NCBI GenBank assembly: GCA_977030845.1
Contig: OZ365119.1
Coordinates: 6,696,001 to 6,760,000, forward strand
Origin: Fimbriosthenelais zetlandica
Taxonomy: Eukaryota
DNA length: 64,000 nucleotides
Reading direction: 5' to 3'
The notes under the pieces are model-generated. The model was not told the DNA's origin. It made no database searches and saw only the letters and a program-made list of their open reading frames with translations. Every line of letters starts with the position of its first letter. The first letter of the stretch is position 1. Shown piece by piece: positions 13,262 through 25,050 of this stretch. Made by a program: the position numbers and the translations under genes.

Positions 13262-14393
13262 CAGAGAGAGAGACAAACGGACAGACACCGACAGAGATTT
13301 CGGACCCTCATTCCTTCAAAGGAGTCCACATCAAAGCCATTGTCTCACCACCTATCCCAACTATTCCAGGCCTACAAAATACATTCAAATCCCGTATTCT
13401 AAGTCACCCCATAAATCCACAACACATATTGTTATTTGGTGAAGAACTTAGTCCTATATACTCACTCCATCTTTGAAGAAAGCAAAGCAAAAGCGTTTGA
13501 TTGCTCTAAGCTATACATCTACACTGGGGAAAGAGCTCTTGGTGAAACGGTTAGCAGCTGTGTATATAGGGAACTTGAGTGAAACGAGGCAAGTAAAGCC
13601 TGGAAATGAAGCATTATTAGCAGGATTACCCGCTAATTAAGACAAATCATCATCTGTGCTCTTAATTAGCACGTCGATGGAGGAATTATGACGACTGCGG
13701 AATGATGATTTGTCCGGGACATATAGTATATAGAATGCGCTTTTGGATGTCTTCTAATGGAGGCCTATAGTGATTCTGCTATGTGTCCCAATTTGAAGTG
13801 ATCATTTCCAATCATCTTAGTAGAGATAGAAATTCACCAAATCTCGCCTCTAGATCGGTTACATGATACATAATACATTGATAAAAATGTTGAATAGTAA
13901 AAATGTTTAATTATATATAGCCTATAGCAAATGACTATTTGGTGTGTTGTTATCAGTTTATCAAAAGTCTTTATTCTTTGCAATTCATATTTTCGCAATA
14001 TTCTTGGGGTTTATTGAACACTTTTAGCGGTACATATCTAACTATTTTCTCCCTCATTTTCAGGTGAAAACTTGGTTCCAAAACCGACGTATGAAACATA
14101 AAAAACTACAGCGGAAGTCCCAGGAAGACGGCGACTCGTCAATGTCTAAAGACACCAACGACAACGACTCCGACGATGACGACATGGAACGCATACGTGA
14201 CAAGGACGATGACGTCATCAGTGACGTAGAAAACAATGACGTCAACGCCCAACATAGAGACTATTCCCATGGCAACCACCAACAGACATGTGGGGACGAC
14301 GAAGAAATCGATGTCGTTTCAGACAGCGACAACAACGCGAACGACTCTCGGAGTTTATCAATACGAGCCGGAAATGCGTCACAAATGACGTAA
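8274..14393 (+). CDS. bsx: Brain-specific homeobox protein (Bsx/bsh orthologue), 3 exons: 8274-9030, 11655-11839, 14064-14393; 423 aa
   Basis: Spliced homeodomain [58 protein letters not shown], preceded by PGKHCR, matches the BSX family. The eh1 motif RPTSFYIEDILL resembles vertebrate BSX RPTSFFIEDILL. All introns are GT-AG with consistent phases (1, 0). Total 1272 nt. In-frame TAG at 8262 upstream of ATG 8274. Confidence 0.96.
11655..11839 (+). CDS. bsx: Bsx coding exon 2 (homeodomain residues 1-44)
   Basis: Polypyrimidine acceptor ccaccag| ending 11654; donor CAG|GTATGT at 11840; encodes [28 protein letters not shown]...ETQ. Confidence 0.96.
13055..13280. repeat. GA block in Bsx intron 2
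   Basis: (GA)n run at ~13230-13257 within a purine-rich tract. Confidence 0.85.
14064..14393 (+). CDS. bsx: Bsx coding exon 3 (helix 3 and acidic tail)
   Basis: Acceptor cattttcag| ending 14063; [18 protein letters not shown]... to TAA at 14391-14393. Typical ANTP-class intron between homeodomain positions 44 and 45. Confidence 0.96.
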   Translation: [109 protein letters not shown]

Positions 14394-15273
14394 TGACGCT
14401 TGAGATTGACGTCATAGAAACTGTAGTCCTCATCGAGACGTCATTTTAGATTTGAACGTCATTGCTTGGATGTCCACGCATGTGCTTTTCAGTGAAGGAA
14501 ATATAGGAAGAATTTAGCAACACAAAGAAGTGAAAAACTAGTCATTGATGTATAATTATGTATTTAGGATCTTATCTTCGCAATTAAGATAATTTCATCA
14601 TGAAGAAGCATTTAATAATATTGTTCATATCAAATATATTATATGTCGACCTTTTGTCATTCATGCCATTTTCCCATGCCATGTTTTCCCCGATAGATTT
14701 GCAATGAAATGGATATTTGCATAGTGCATAAATTTCTATGATAATTTATTGCATATGCTAATTATAGAAGATACATGTATCTGTACCGTAAACAGTATAT
14801 ATATCTTCAGTATTATTTGAGTTTTCTTATGATTTCATTTTAAGTTAGGAAATAGATTTAAACTTTTAATATTTTACTGTGCAGTATTTATTTAATTTAA
14901 ATGTGATCTGCTTTATATTTGCCGTCCAACTTTATGGATGGGCATGATCGAATTTATGACAATCAAAATATAATCATAGGAAAATAGATAGAAATGATAG
15001 AAAATATAATTAGTTTACGTGAAATTATAATACACGTGAAGCATGGTGAGATCATGTAAATCTCGATTACGATAATTATTCAAAATCAATTCATTATTGC
15101 ATTTAACTTCATTCATCATTTCATTTGAAATAGTATATTAAACATTTTTTGTTCACCCCAAGACAAGACCGTATTTTGACGGTAAACTAGATTGTTTTGT
15201 TCATATTGTGACTCACATTTTTGTTGTCTTTATTATTTAATGTGATTTGCCTTGTGATTGTTATATGCTACAA

Positions 15274-15279
15274 AATAAA
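15274..15279 (+). terminator. Candidate Bsx polyadenylation signal
   Basis: AATAAA ending an AT-rich stretch about 880 nt after the Bsx stop. Confidence 0.45.
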
Positions 15280-15290
15280 ATAGGGCCCTA

Positions 15291-15434
15291 CACTCTAAAG
15301 AATAGTCGGTTATTTTATGATCAAACATGCCCGGACTTATATCATTTTAACGTATTTCACTGTTAAAAAAATAAGTACCATCTCAACAGTTTTTTGCAGT
15401 GTCTGCCAGAAAACTGCAGCCATCTTTTAGAGTG
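15291..15434. mobile_element. Short MITE with CACT ends (CACTA/EnSpm-like), TA flanks
   Basis: CTACACTCTAAA (15288-15299) and TTTAGAGTGTAG (15426-15437) are perfect reverse complements. An internal second pair CACTGTTAAAAAA / TTTTTTGCAGTG is also present. Confidence 0.6.
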
Positions 15435-15777
15435 TAGCAGCGTTATATATAATATATTATAAATAGAAAATGAAGCAGGAGGGAATGTGTCGTTTGTGTC
15501 ATTTCTATATTGCTATATTTGCGGCAGCTGTTGTACTATTGATATATTATATAGTCATCATTAAAAATGTTCAAAATGACGTCATATTTTTATGTTCTTT
15601 TTGGTGCAATTCATGTATGAAATACCCTTCCAAGCATACATGTATATTTCTACATCTTGTCCCAATATTTGATAGCTTGCCTACCTTAAAAATATCCATT
15701 AAAAAAGTGCTAATTCTGAATCAATATTTTCTATGATATCTATTTGTTTTATATTCTTTGGCATGGCGTTAAATCAC

Positions 15778-15809
15778 CATTCATTCATTCATTCATTCAT
15801 TCATTCATT
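15778..15809. repeat. (CATT)n microsatellite
   Basis: About 8 tandem CATT units. Confidence 0.9.
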
Positions 15810-16559
15810 ATTCTTTGGCATTACAATTACCTCCTGACTCTCTTTTCTTTATGGTGATTATTTCAAATATATTCTATGTAAAAGCGAAAAAGAGAGAGAT
15901 TTAAGCCAAAATTCTCTCTTTAATCCAATACATTTTAAAGATTGTTATGGTAGATTGTTATGGTATCGATGCCCGATGGGCGTGGTTTCCATTCCCTCAC
16001 CTGTCAATCAAGCTTTAGTTCATAGACCGTCCGCCGGTAGTAGTGGTGATGGCGCTGGTAGCCGGTGGTGGGGGAGTGGGTGGGGGGTATAAGCTTTCTA
16101 TTGTACTCAGACAACTCGTTAGCTCGTTAACCCATTAGCCAATGGCCTAACCTGCTATTCTTCAAATACCAAACCACCGAGAAACAACATTTACTATTGG
16201 TTGCTATCCTGCTTCCTTGTTCAAAACGCTACCAGGGATTCGGGGAGGGAAGTCAGAAGTAAAAAAAATTACCAGAAACCCTCTGGTAGGGGGATATAGA
16301 TGGTCAGATTGACTGGACATTGATACGATTGCCTTGAAATGGATACAATTGAGGATTGTTGAAGAGAGGCTTCGACGAGAATGAAGAAAGCAGTTGGGAC
16401 CAGCCCAAAAAATGGATACCAGTTGGATACAATTTTGTCAGAAAGACTTTCAAGAATAGCTGTTTTGGTCATAGGTCAATTCATTTCTAGGATTTGGTCA
16501 TTTTGCTGGAATATTTTCTTTTTTATTTAGGAATACACGTGGAGTTTAGTCTTTGTAAA

Positions 16560-16588
16560 AGACAGAGAAAGTGTGAGATAGAAACTAA

Positions 16589-16620
<32 letters not shown>

Positions 16621-16710
16621 GGAGAGAAAAGAATGGGGCAAGAGAGAGGCAGAAAAAGAAAGACTAGAGAGACAGAGAGATAAGAAGACAGAGAGATAGG
16701 AAGACAGAGA
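16560..16710. repeat. GA block
   Basis: (GA)n run at ~16588-16614. Confidence 0.85.
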
Positions 16711-17502
16711 GGAATGGGGCTGAAGGAAAGGGCTGAGAGGAAGGAACAACGAGATATGGATGGACTGGATTAGAGAAATGGAAAATGATTAAAAAAATAA
16801 GGGATTGAAATGGGGTGCATCTCTTAGCGTGTTAGCGGCTTTACCAATTGAACTTTTAGCATGACGTTCTGGCATCTCAAGGATTGGCATTATTGCAGAT
16901 TGCTAGTTCGAATCCTGTCCTTTCCCTGCCCTTTTCACAGATGATATTACAAATAACATAGACAGCAACTAGGCAAATATCCTTTAGAAAAATTCAAGTT
17001 GCAGTGATGGCAACTTCAAATTGCATATACGTGCAACGCCCAAATGACGCGGTTGTTCATTGTTAAATATCCGACCAATTATTTTTAAAATTTTCGCAGA
17101 AGAAGCCAGGACCCTAACATTATATAGTATCTCTAGCTAATTGTACAAATCACATCCATCTTATGTCACGGAACGGTCTAGTAATGGAATAGATGGAGCA
17201 TCATTAGCTATAGGCGAGGACGAGTTAAATTACTCTTATTACGTAATACTTATGACATTTATTAAATCAGGGATGGGTAGGGAGAGTGCGTGAGTAACTG
17301 AGTATGTGTGTTTGTGTTCCGTGCCAGAGATAGTAGGTCTATATATGCTGAAATGCAGAGAAAGTCTACTCCAATTTATCCTTCAACATTTTGTATTAGT
17401 TTTTCCAAAGTGAAAGATCTATTTGTAATCTATTTGGCAACAACCTTTACTATTTTATATCACTTTAAATCTGTGTCCCTCTCTCTCCCTCCATTTCATT
17501 TC

Positions 17503-17547
<45 letters not shown>

Positions 17548-17749
17548 TCTCTCCCTCTCTCTCTCTCTTTCAATTCAAACGTAGTCTTTTGAAATTTCGA
17601 AATTTTTGAATTTCCCTCCCACTCCTCTATGTGGACACATTTAAGACCTAAAAGCCCCACTTCCCCTTGTTTACATTGTCGGAAACTCCCCCCTCATTTT
17701 AACAGTTTCCCTTCATACCCAAGAGACCAGTGTATAACATAGCATGTCA

Positions 17750-17950
17750 TTGACGTGCCACGCTCCATGACGTCACTTCCGGCGTGCGCGGGCGTCTGGC
17801 CGCTCACTTCCGCTTTGCTTCTATTATCGCTCAGTGGGGACTGTATGTATCGACCTTCCAATCTGGCCTCTAAACCACTGTCCTAGCCTCTACACAAAGC
17901 CTTCCATGGCCATTTCTGACGCATTGTGACGTCACAAGTGCACTAATTAT
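17750..17950. promoter_or_regulatory. CRE-ETS composite cluster
   Basis: TGACGTCACTTCCGG (17768-17782), a second CACTTCCG, a second TGACGTCA (17927). Confidence 0.5.
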
Positions 17951-19915
17951 TCTCGCTTGACTCCTCATTGGTAGAACATCACCAGTTGGCATGGTGTATG
18001 AAGCTATTGTTGGACCGTGGCGACCACTGGTGGGCCAAGCCACAAATTAACTGCCCTCCTACAGGGTAAATGGTGTCTTAGAGAGGGCTAAGCTATGTCA
18101 TCCTTTAGTAAAAGAGACGGGTGTTGGGCAGGGCTTAGGCGATACAATGCTAAGGCCAAAAAAATACTTTCCAACACACCCTATACCAATCCATCATGAA
18201 GTAACAAATAGACATATACAATTTTATCGCCATATTTTCCAAACATATTCAATCCCTTATTTGAATTTCCAATTTCTACCAGATGAATTTCCAACTGATC
18301 ATATAGTCCTACATGGATGTTCAATTCCATTTTGTTTGTTGACGGTCGAGAAACAAAGTCTAAATTTCACAGGCCTTATACAAATCTGACCTCATACAGG
18401 TGTTGGTGGGTGTCCACTAACCGACTCTGGTGATGATAGTCTTTGTAGATACAATAATAGGTCACATTAAGTCTAATAACTCGTGTTGTAAATGTAATAA
18501 TGACATATATTGTCTATAACAATGCTGAATTACCCGACACTCTTAATTGTACTGAATATAAAGCCACAGACACACTATATCCCAAGTCAAATCTTCTTTT
18601 CTGATGATGCAGATTAGGAAAATACTGGTTTCTTGGGCTTTTTAAGCGTATCCATCTTCTGCTAATCTAGTTCATCTTTGAACTAGTTCATCTTTGAACT
18701 AATCTTGTATAACTTTCTTTTGAAGCAAACACGTTTATCTGTATGAAGGTTCACTTTGAAGGCATTTTTAGACGTTTAAATTCTTCCACTTTTTAGCATG
18801 ACTCCAATACAAGAAGGAACACAATTGCTTTCACTTTGAAAGCTTTTTTTGTAAAATTTGATTTTGAACAAATCAACATTGGACCCCGTTTTAATATACA
18901 TTATTATTTAAATTCAAAACAACCATTGACAATGCTAAGTCGAGATACAACCAATAGTTCATGATATAGCCTCAGGAAAATGTTACAGTTTAACAATGAC
19001 CTGCATCAACCCTCAACAAACCACTTTCTAATGTAGAGCATATATTTTTTATGAAACAGGGCCCGGAGTGTGAAAAAGCCTTCAGTTGACTGCGGTGTAT
19101 TTCTGACTTAGCGCAGATTAGTGCTCTTTAGCTCCATCTTTTCGCGGTAACACTTTTTAAGCCCAAAGTAAAAACTTCTTGAGGCCAAACTGCCATTATT
19201 ACATTTGGCTGCACCCATTACTGTTTTTTGTAACGTGCTTGCCAATCCCTCACTCCACTTAATATCAACTTCTGAAGGCAAAGGTGAAAGCAAATCTGAC
19301 CTCCTCATTTTGACACGTCCATTCCTAAACTAGAAGCTATTAACGGCTCTTAATCCTGGGTAATTAATAGGCTTATGAGGTGGGATTTAGGTATTTAGGA
19401 GGCTTAGTTTGTGGGCAGGATTTTGATGTTTTTGGGAAGGGGCTCAGGGATGGTGGCCTCTGCCAACTATTGGACTGTTTAAATTCGTGATATTTACTTT
19501 GCCAAGCGTGCTCTTAGGTGTCTTTGTATTTCATGAGTAATTTAGGTCATGAAGTTATTCTTTTAAAAATCTAAAATGGTCTTCTCTTGCATTAATGTTT
19601 GTATTGAAACAACCTAATTGGTAATTGCATATTTAGTTCGGTTGCATGAAGACAAATGAATGGCATTATAAATTTGAAATGTAAGGTCAAATGGGAAGGT
19701 GTTTATATGCGTGGATAGGTTTTTCCTAAGTACATAAGTTGGGGATTTTGTTGAGGTTAATGTGTAAAGCATTCCCCCCAGGCAGTTGTTTTGGTTTATA
19801 TAGCCTTAAACCCACCTTAATGTGTAGGTAATGTGAAGAATTTAGTAGGATTAACTCCCAAACTATATGCCACTTATATACTCAGATTTAGTCACTTTAT
19901 ATAGCCAAACTTGGC

Positions 19916-19933
19916 TTCTCTCTCTCTCTCTAA

Positions 19934-19965
<32 letters not shown>

Positions 19966-20142
19966 AGCTCTCTTCGATCTCTCCTCTCTCTCTTATCCTC
20001 TCTCTCCCGGTCATTCTCTCTCTAGGTCTCTCTCTTCTAATCTACACCTTCCCTCTTATCTATTCTTCCATCCACTCCCTCATCTCTATCTTGCTCTCTC
20101 TCCTCTTCCTCCATCTCTTCCCCCTCTTTCGTTTCTTCTTTC
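19916..20142. repeat. CT block
   Basis: (CT)n-rich tract. Confidence 0.85.
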
Positions 20143-20219
20143 ACCTTAATTTATCAATTTCTAAATAGCATTACACCTTTGCCTCTGTAAAATATCTAAT
20201 GGAACGTTTGTGAGAGAGA

Positions 20220-20400
20220 GAGGCCATGACAAACACCTCTTTAATGACTCATTAGAGTCTATGACAGACGCTAATTAGTCCAGCTGACTAATTACTGACC
20301 AATCCTCCACAATTAGACTAATCATTGACTATATTAGCGTTAGTCCTTGTCATTAACTGCACCGCCGATTGAATTATTAGGTCTTTCTCACCCTTTACAT
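20220..20400. promoter_or_regulatory. Homeodomain/TALE-site-dense candidate enhancer
   Basis: About 11 TAAT/ATTA cores and 3 TGACA/TGTCA in ~170 bp between two CT blocks. Confidence 0.45.
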
Positions 20401-22594
20401 CTCATCGGCCCCAATTTCATTGAGTTGAGCAAGCTCGAGCTTGATCTAATTTAGCTAGGAATATATTATATTGTTTGTATACCTTATGATAATTATACGG
20501 TTTTGTTTTGTATTCCCGGGGAGGGTTTCATGACAAATTCTGGCTGTATCTGTCTCTGTCCCATATAGTCTGTCCATCTCTCTTCTTTATCTGTCTCTTT
20601 TTCTCTGTTGCTAGCTATCTTTCTTTGTCTCAATTTAATTTATCCCTTCCCTTTCTCTCCGTCCCTCTCTTTCTCTGCCTGTCTGCCTCTCTTTCTTTCT
20701 CTCTGTCTGCCTCGCTTTCTCTGTCTGTCTGCCGCTCTTTCTTTCTGTCTGTCTACCTCTCTTTCTTTCTGTCTGTCTGCCCGTCTGTCTCTTTTGCTCA
20801 ACTTCGCCCTTCACTGTCTCACATTTCTAAGAGTGTAAACTTAAAAGTGTACCATCTGATCATTTCCATCCGTTATTGACAGTGGTGACAGTGATTACGA
20901 GTATAAATATCTCCACTCTTGACACAGCATTGACAGTTAGCTGCAGGAAGTCAGGGAGAGACCTATTGTTCACGCGGCCGGAAGTTGGTCTGTCTGTGAC
21001 AATAGACAAGACACCTGAAGGTTTTTATTGGCGTTCGTCGACAAAGCGTGTGTGCATGGTGAGCGAGGGTGGGCGCGCCACAGGAAGCACAAATCCGTCC
21101 TTGTCACCTGGCAATTTAGAACATAACCACAAATCCCTAACCCCCCGCACCCCCCCCCCCCCTTTGAAATTGGGCATTCCTTTCCTTCTTATCATTCATC
21201 TTCTCCTCCTCTCCCTCCCCTTCTCTTCTCTTCCTCATCATGCTTCATAATCCTCATATCGTTTTCTTCTTAACATCCTTCCTCGTTTCTTATTTTATTA
21301 TCTCCTCCTTTGCGACCAAAATTACTTTTGCCTTACTTTTCCTTCTCTTTTTCCAATCCCACCTCCCATATCATGCCTTATTCAGTTGCCTTAGCAACGA
21401 GCCCAATAAAACAAGCATTCGATTGAAAGCGAAACGGAACCCCTACTGCGCATGCTCGGACAACGACGGCCGGATCCGGAAATCAAAAACCAATGATACG
21501 CAGCATGCAATGGGAGGAAAAAGGTAAATCTGGGGAGAGGGGGAGGGGGGGGGAGGGGGATGGGGGATGAGGGGAGGGAGGGGGAGGATGAAGGGAGGGA
21601 CAGTGGGAGGTTCCTGTGAGAGTCCTGGCTCAGGATAAAGACACAATTTGATTAAATATTTCTCCCCACTCTCATTCTTATCTCCTAATCTCTCAGCTGG
21701 CGCTGCACAGCGAGAGATTCCAATGTTGGAAGATTAATAAATTACATCCCAAATTGAAGTCCAATCCGCGACTATTAATTATTGTACCGCCGTGCAGAGA
21801 TAGGTCCTTCATATCCGTACAGTCGGGACGTAATATAATAGAGATACCCTATAATTTACATGGCTTTATTCATACAATACCAGATCAAAGAACTGTTACA
21901 ATAAAGCACAAAGGTGGAATTGAAATGAGTAAATCGGAGATATCTATATGTCATTAATTAAATGCTATTCATTGTACACACACGCATAAAATAAACCTGA
22001 TTTTTCAAAAAAATCTTTGAGCCACCATCAACACCATTGTGCCTCATATAAAATAAGTTTTAATGAATATATCTCATTCAAAATCCAGTAAAAATATATT
22101 TAAAATCTACATCAGATATTCTCGATAAGGAACCAAGTGAGCGCTTGGGCCATCATTTCCATGTCGCTGACCCTATCCTCTGTATCATACGGTGAATTGT
22201 CGCTGCGGCGACCAAGCGAATATAACTACGACAGGCCCGGCCTTCTCCCCACCGTGTCAGAGAACATTATCGAGCGTCGCCAAACAGGCAATTTCACATG
22301 GCTCGCGGGCTGTCGTATTGCCGGTGAAATCGCCAGATCGTGAAGACGGCCCGAGGCGAATAATAATCCGAGGGAAAATGGCTAAATTGGTGGCTCGTTT
22401 CCGCCATGCGAACATAGACACCTGGGATGCGAGCCTCCGCCCGAGGAGACGGGGAGAGTGGAAATTTGGAAATTTCCCTAATCGCAGGTGGCGACGAAAA
22501 AAATTAACCTTCATTTGTTAGGATCTGGTATAAGTGGGTTTTGGGGGGTGGGGCTGTTTGCGTTGGGATGGGATTGGGGGAGGGAGTTTTCCTT

Positions 22595-22955
22595 TTCTCT
22601 TTCTATATCTCTCTCATGTCTCCTTCTATCGATGGCTTTCTCCTCTCATGCAGTCTCTCTCTACATGCATCTCCGTCAGTCTATTTGCCTCCCTCCCTCT
22701 CTCCCTCTATGTATCCCTCTATTTCTACCTCCATCTCTCGATCGCGCTATCTCTCCCTCCATCACTCTCTCCATCTCTCCCTCCATCTCTCCCTCTCTCC
22801 CTCCATCTCTCTCTCTCCCTCTATTTCTCCCTCCATCTCTCGATTGCGCTATCTCTCCCTCCATCCCTCCCTCGCTCTCTCCCTCCATCTCTCCCTCGCT
22901 CTCTTCCTCCATCTCTCCCTCGCTCTCTTCCTCTATTTATCTCTCTCCCTCCATA
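22595..22955. repeat. CT block with an internal ~100-bp-period duplication
   Basis: CTCCATCTCTCGAT(C/T)GCGCTATCTCTCCCTCCATC occurs at ~22729 and ~22830. Confidence 0.85.
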
Positions 22956-23459
22956 TCTACAGGTCTATATTTATTTATAACCCTATACAATAATTATATT
23001 TATCACATAATGGTCACAATGGCTCTCTCTCTCTCTCTGCATGAATAGCAATCACCGGACAATCAGCGGGGAATTATCACATGAGAATCAGGGACCGTTA
23101 CATACAAAATCAGATCATGTCATTTAAAATACCACGCTGGCGAATAACTTATGAAACGTGCCCTAAAAGTTGCCATGAAATCCTGCGGGGTTTGGCCATG
23201 AGCAATGTACGACTCATATTTGAGTATTGTGAATGGGTAATTGGGTGGAGTAGGACCAATTGCCCGTTTAATTCTGCTTATAAACGTGGAAGCAATAGAT
23301 TACCCCCTACTCTCTATAAATAATCATTTAAGGAGACTCTATATACCTGTGCTACACATAATACATGTGTCCTCAAATGCCCCAGGGGCATTGAACATCA
23401 CAATAGTTATAGACCAACCTCGTAAACCGAACTTGCCCTAATAAAACACACTTTTGGTC

Positions 23460-23840
23460 GCAGAGATAGAGATAGAGAGAGACAGAGGGAGAGAGAGAGA
23501 GAGAGAGAGATGGAGGGATTTGTTGGGGAGGAAGAGAGAGAGAAAGAGAGTGAGAGATGGAGAGAGAGGCAGAGGGGGGGGGGATTTGTTGGAGAGGGAA
23601 GGAAAAAGCGAGACAGTGGAGACGGGACGAGAAACAGACAGAAAGACAGACAGAAAACGATAGAAAAAACTACGTATACAGTAGAATGTCCTCTAGGATG
23701 CATGGGGCAAAGACCCATATATTTTTAACTATACACGGAAGGGGGAGCCAGTGAGACAGAGACAGAGAGACAGTGACAGACAGAGACAGAGAGACAGTGA
23801 CAGTGTCTTATAGCGACTCTCAGAAAGAGACAGAGACAGA
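23460..23840. repeat. GA/GACA blocks
   Basis: (GA)n 23460-23660, (GACA/GAGA)n 23752-23840. Confidence 0.85.
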
Positions 23841-24161
23841 TAGGATGGGATCTCTCGGGTATAATATATATCCACTCTCCAGCCGTTACATCACCTATAT
23901 TGACCACACTTATTGACCAGCTGGCAATAAAGGGTCGTTAGAGATAATCCGTACAGTGATTAATATAAAGTTGATCCTCATTAGGTATAGAGGATTAACC
24001 CTGATTACCCACATTGATCCCACCCAGTGATCAGGGATTATAGGGGGATTACTGCCGCATACTGGGCTAGTTATGACCCCTTGTACATGATGCTCCCGAT
24101 GTTTGCCATTCACAGAGATGTGAGCATAATATATTGACAAAGCACTGCTGGTGGATCCAGC

Positions 24162-24256
24162 CCCCTAGACGTCACCCCCTATAGAACCCCTAGGCCCCCT
24201 AGACGTCACCCGCTAGAACCCCTAGGCCCCCCTAGACCACCCTAGACACCCTAGAT
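24162..24256. repeat. CCCTAG-rich short tandem duplication
   Basis: CCCCCTAGACGTCACCC...AGAACCCCTAGG twice, then further CCCTAGA units. Confidence 0.7.
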
Positions 24257-24394
24257 CCGTCCTCCCTCATCTATAAATTTCTGGGCCAAAAGTTTGGGTC
24301 GTATGAGCCCCAAACTCTCTTTCGAGATATTATTAATTTGTTGTCGGTAAAAGATCCAGAACACCCACTTAAGCAGGTCTTGTTCCAGAGTCTT

Positions 24395-24492
24395 GCCTTG
24401 GGCAGCTTGGGTGATGATGGGTGTTGAACCGCCAACCCTTGGATCATTGGTCAACCACCCTGATTGAGCTAGCTTTCTACCCGACTGAGCCG
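24395..24492 (-). mobile_element. tRNA-derived SINE head, copy 1
   Basis: Minus strand GGCTCAGTCGGGTAGA (A box) ... CAGGGTGGTTGACCAATGATCC ... GGCGGTTCAAC (B box) ... GCTGCCCAAGGCA; aligns with the copy at 60817-60910. Confidence 0.6.
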
Positions 24493-24809
24493 AATGAGCA
24501 AACGTTCCTCTTCCTGATTCCCCACCCCTTCCTTCCTTCCCTCCTTCCCTTTCCAGCAGTGGATCGCGTCACAAACTGCCCTGCTCACATCAATTGGCTG
24601 TCTCAAATTTACCCTAATTTGAACTGTCAAAGGTTGATTCTCGTAAAGTGCCGTGCATGAACGTTCCAAAATGTTCAGCCTTCTCCTCCTCAGAAATTGC
24701 CAAATTGGCAAGCGTGACAACACGCAGAAAGCAAGGTGTCGCACAACATGCAATGGCTATGAAATTCTAAACTCCTGGTTGCATGTCAATCGGCACAGAT
24801 GGGGCGATG

Positions 24810-24965
24810 TCTCTCTTTCTAACTCTCTCTCTCTCTCGCTCTCTCGCTCTCTCCTCTGTCTCTGTCTCTGTTTCCCTGTCTCACCTCTGTCTGCCTCTCT
24901 CTCGCTCTCTATATTTATCTCTCTCCTCCATCTCTCGCTCCCTCTCCATCTCTCCCCATCTCTCC

Positions 24966-25029
<64 letters not shown>

Positions 25030-25050
25030 ACAACCCTTTCTCAGTCTCCC
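24810..25050. repeat. CT block
   Basis: Long pure (CT)n at ~24969-25027. Confidence 0.9.

Noticed and set aside
22192-22521. Overlapping 109-aa (+) and 85-aa (-) ORFs in a CpG-rich patch
   Set aside because: No recognisable domain; GC richness explains the open frames.
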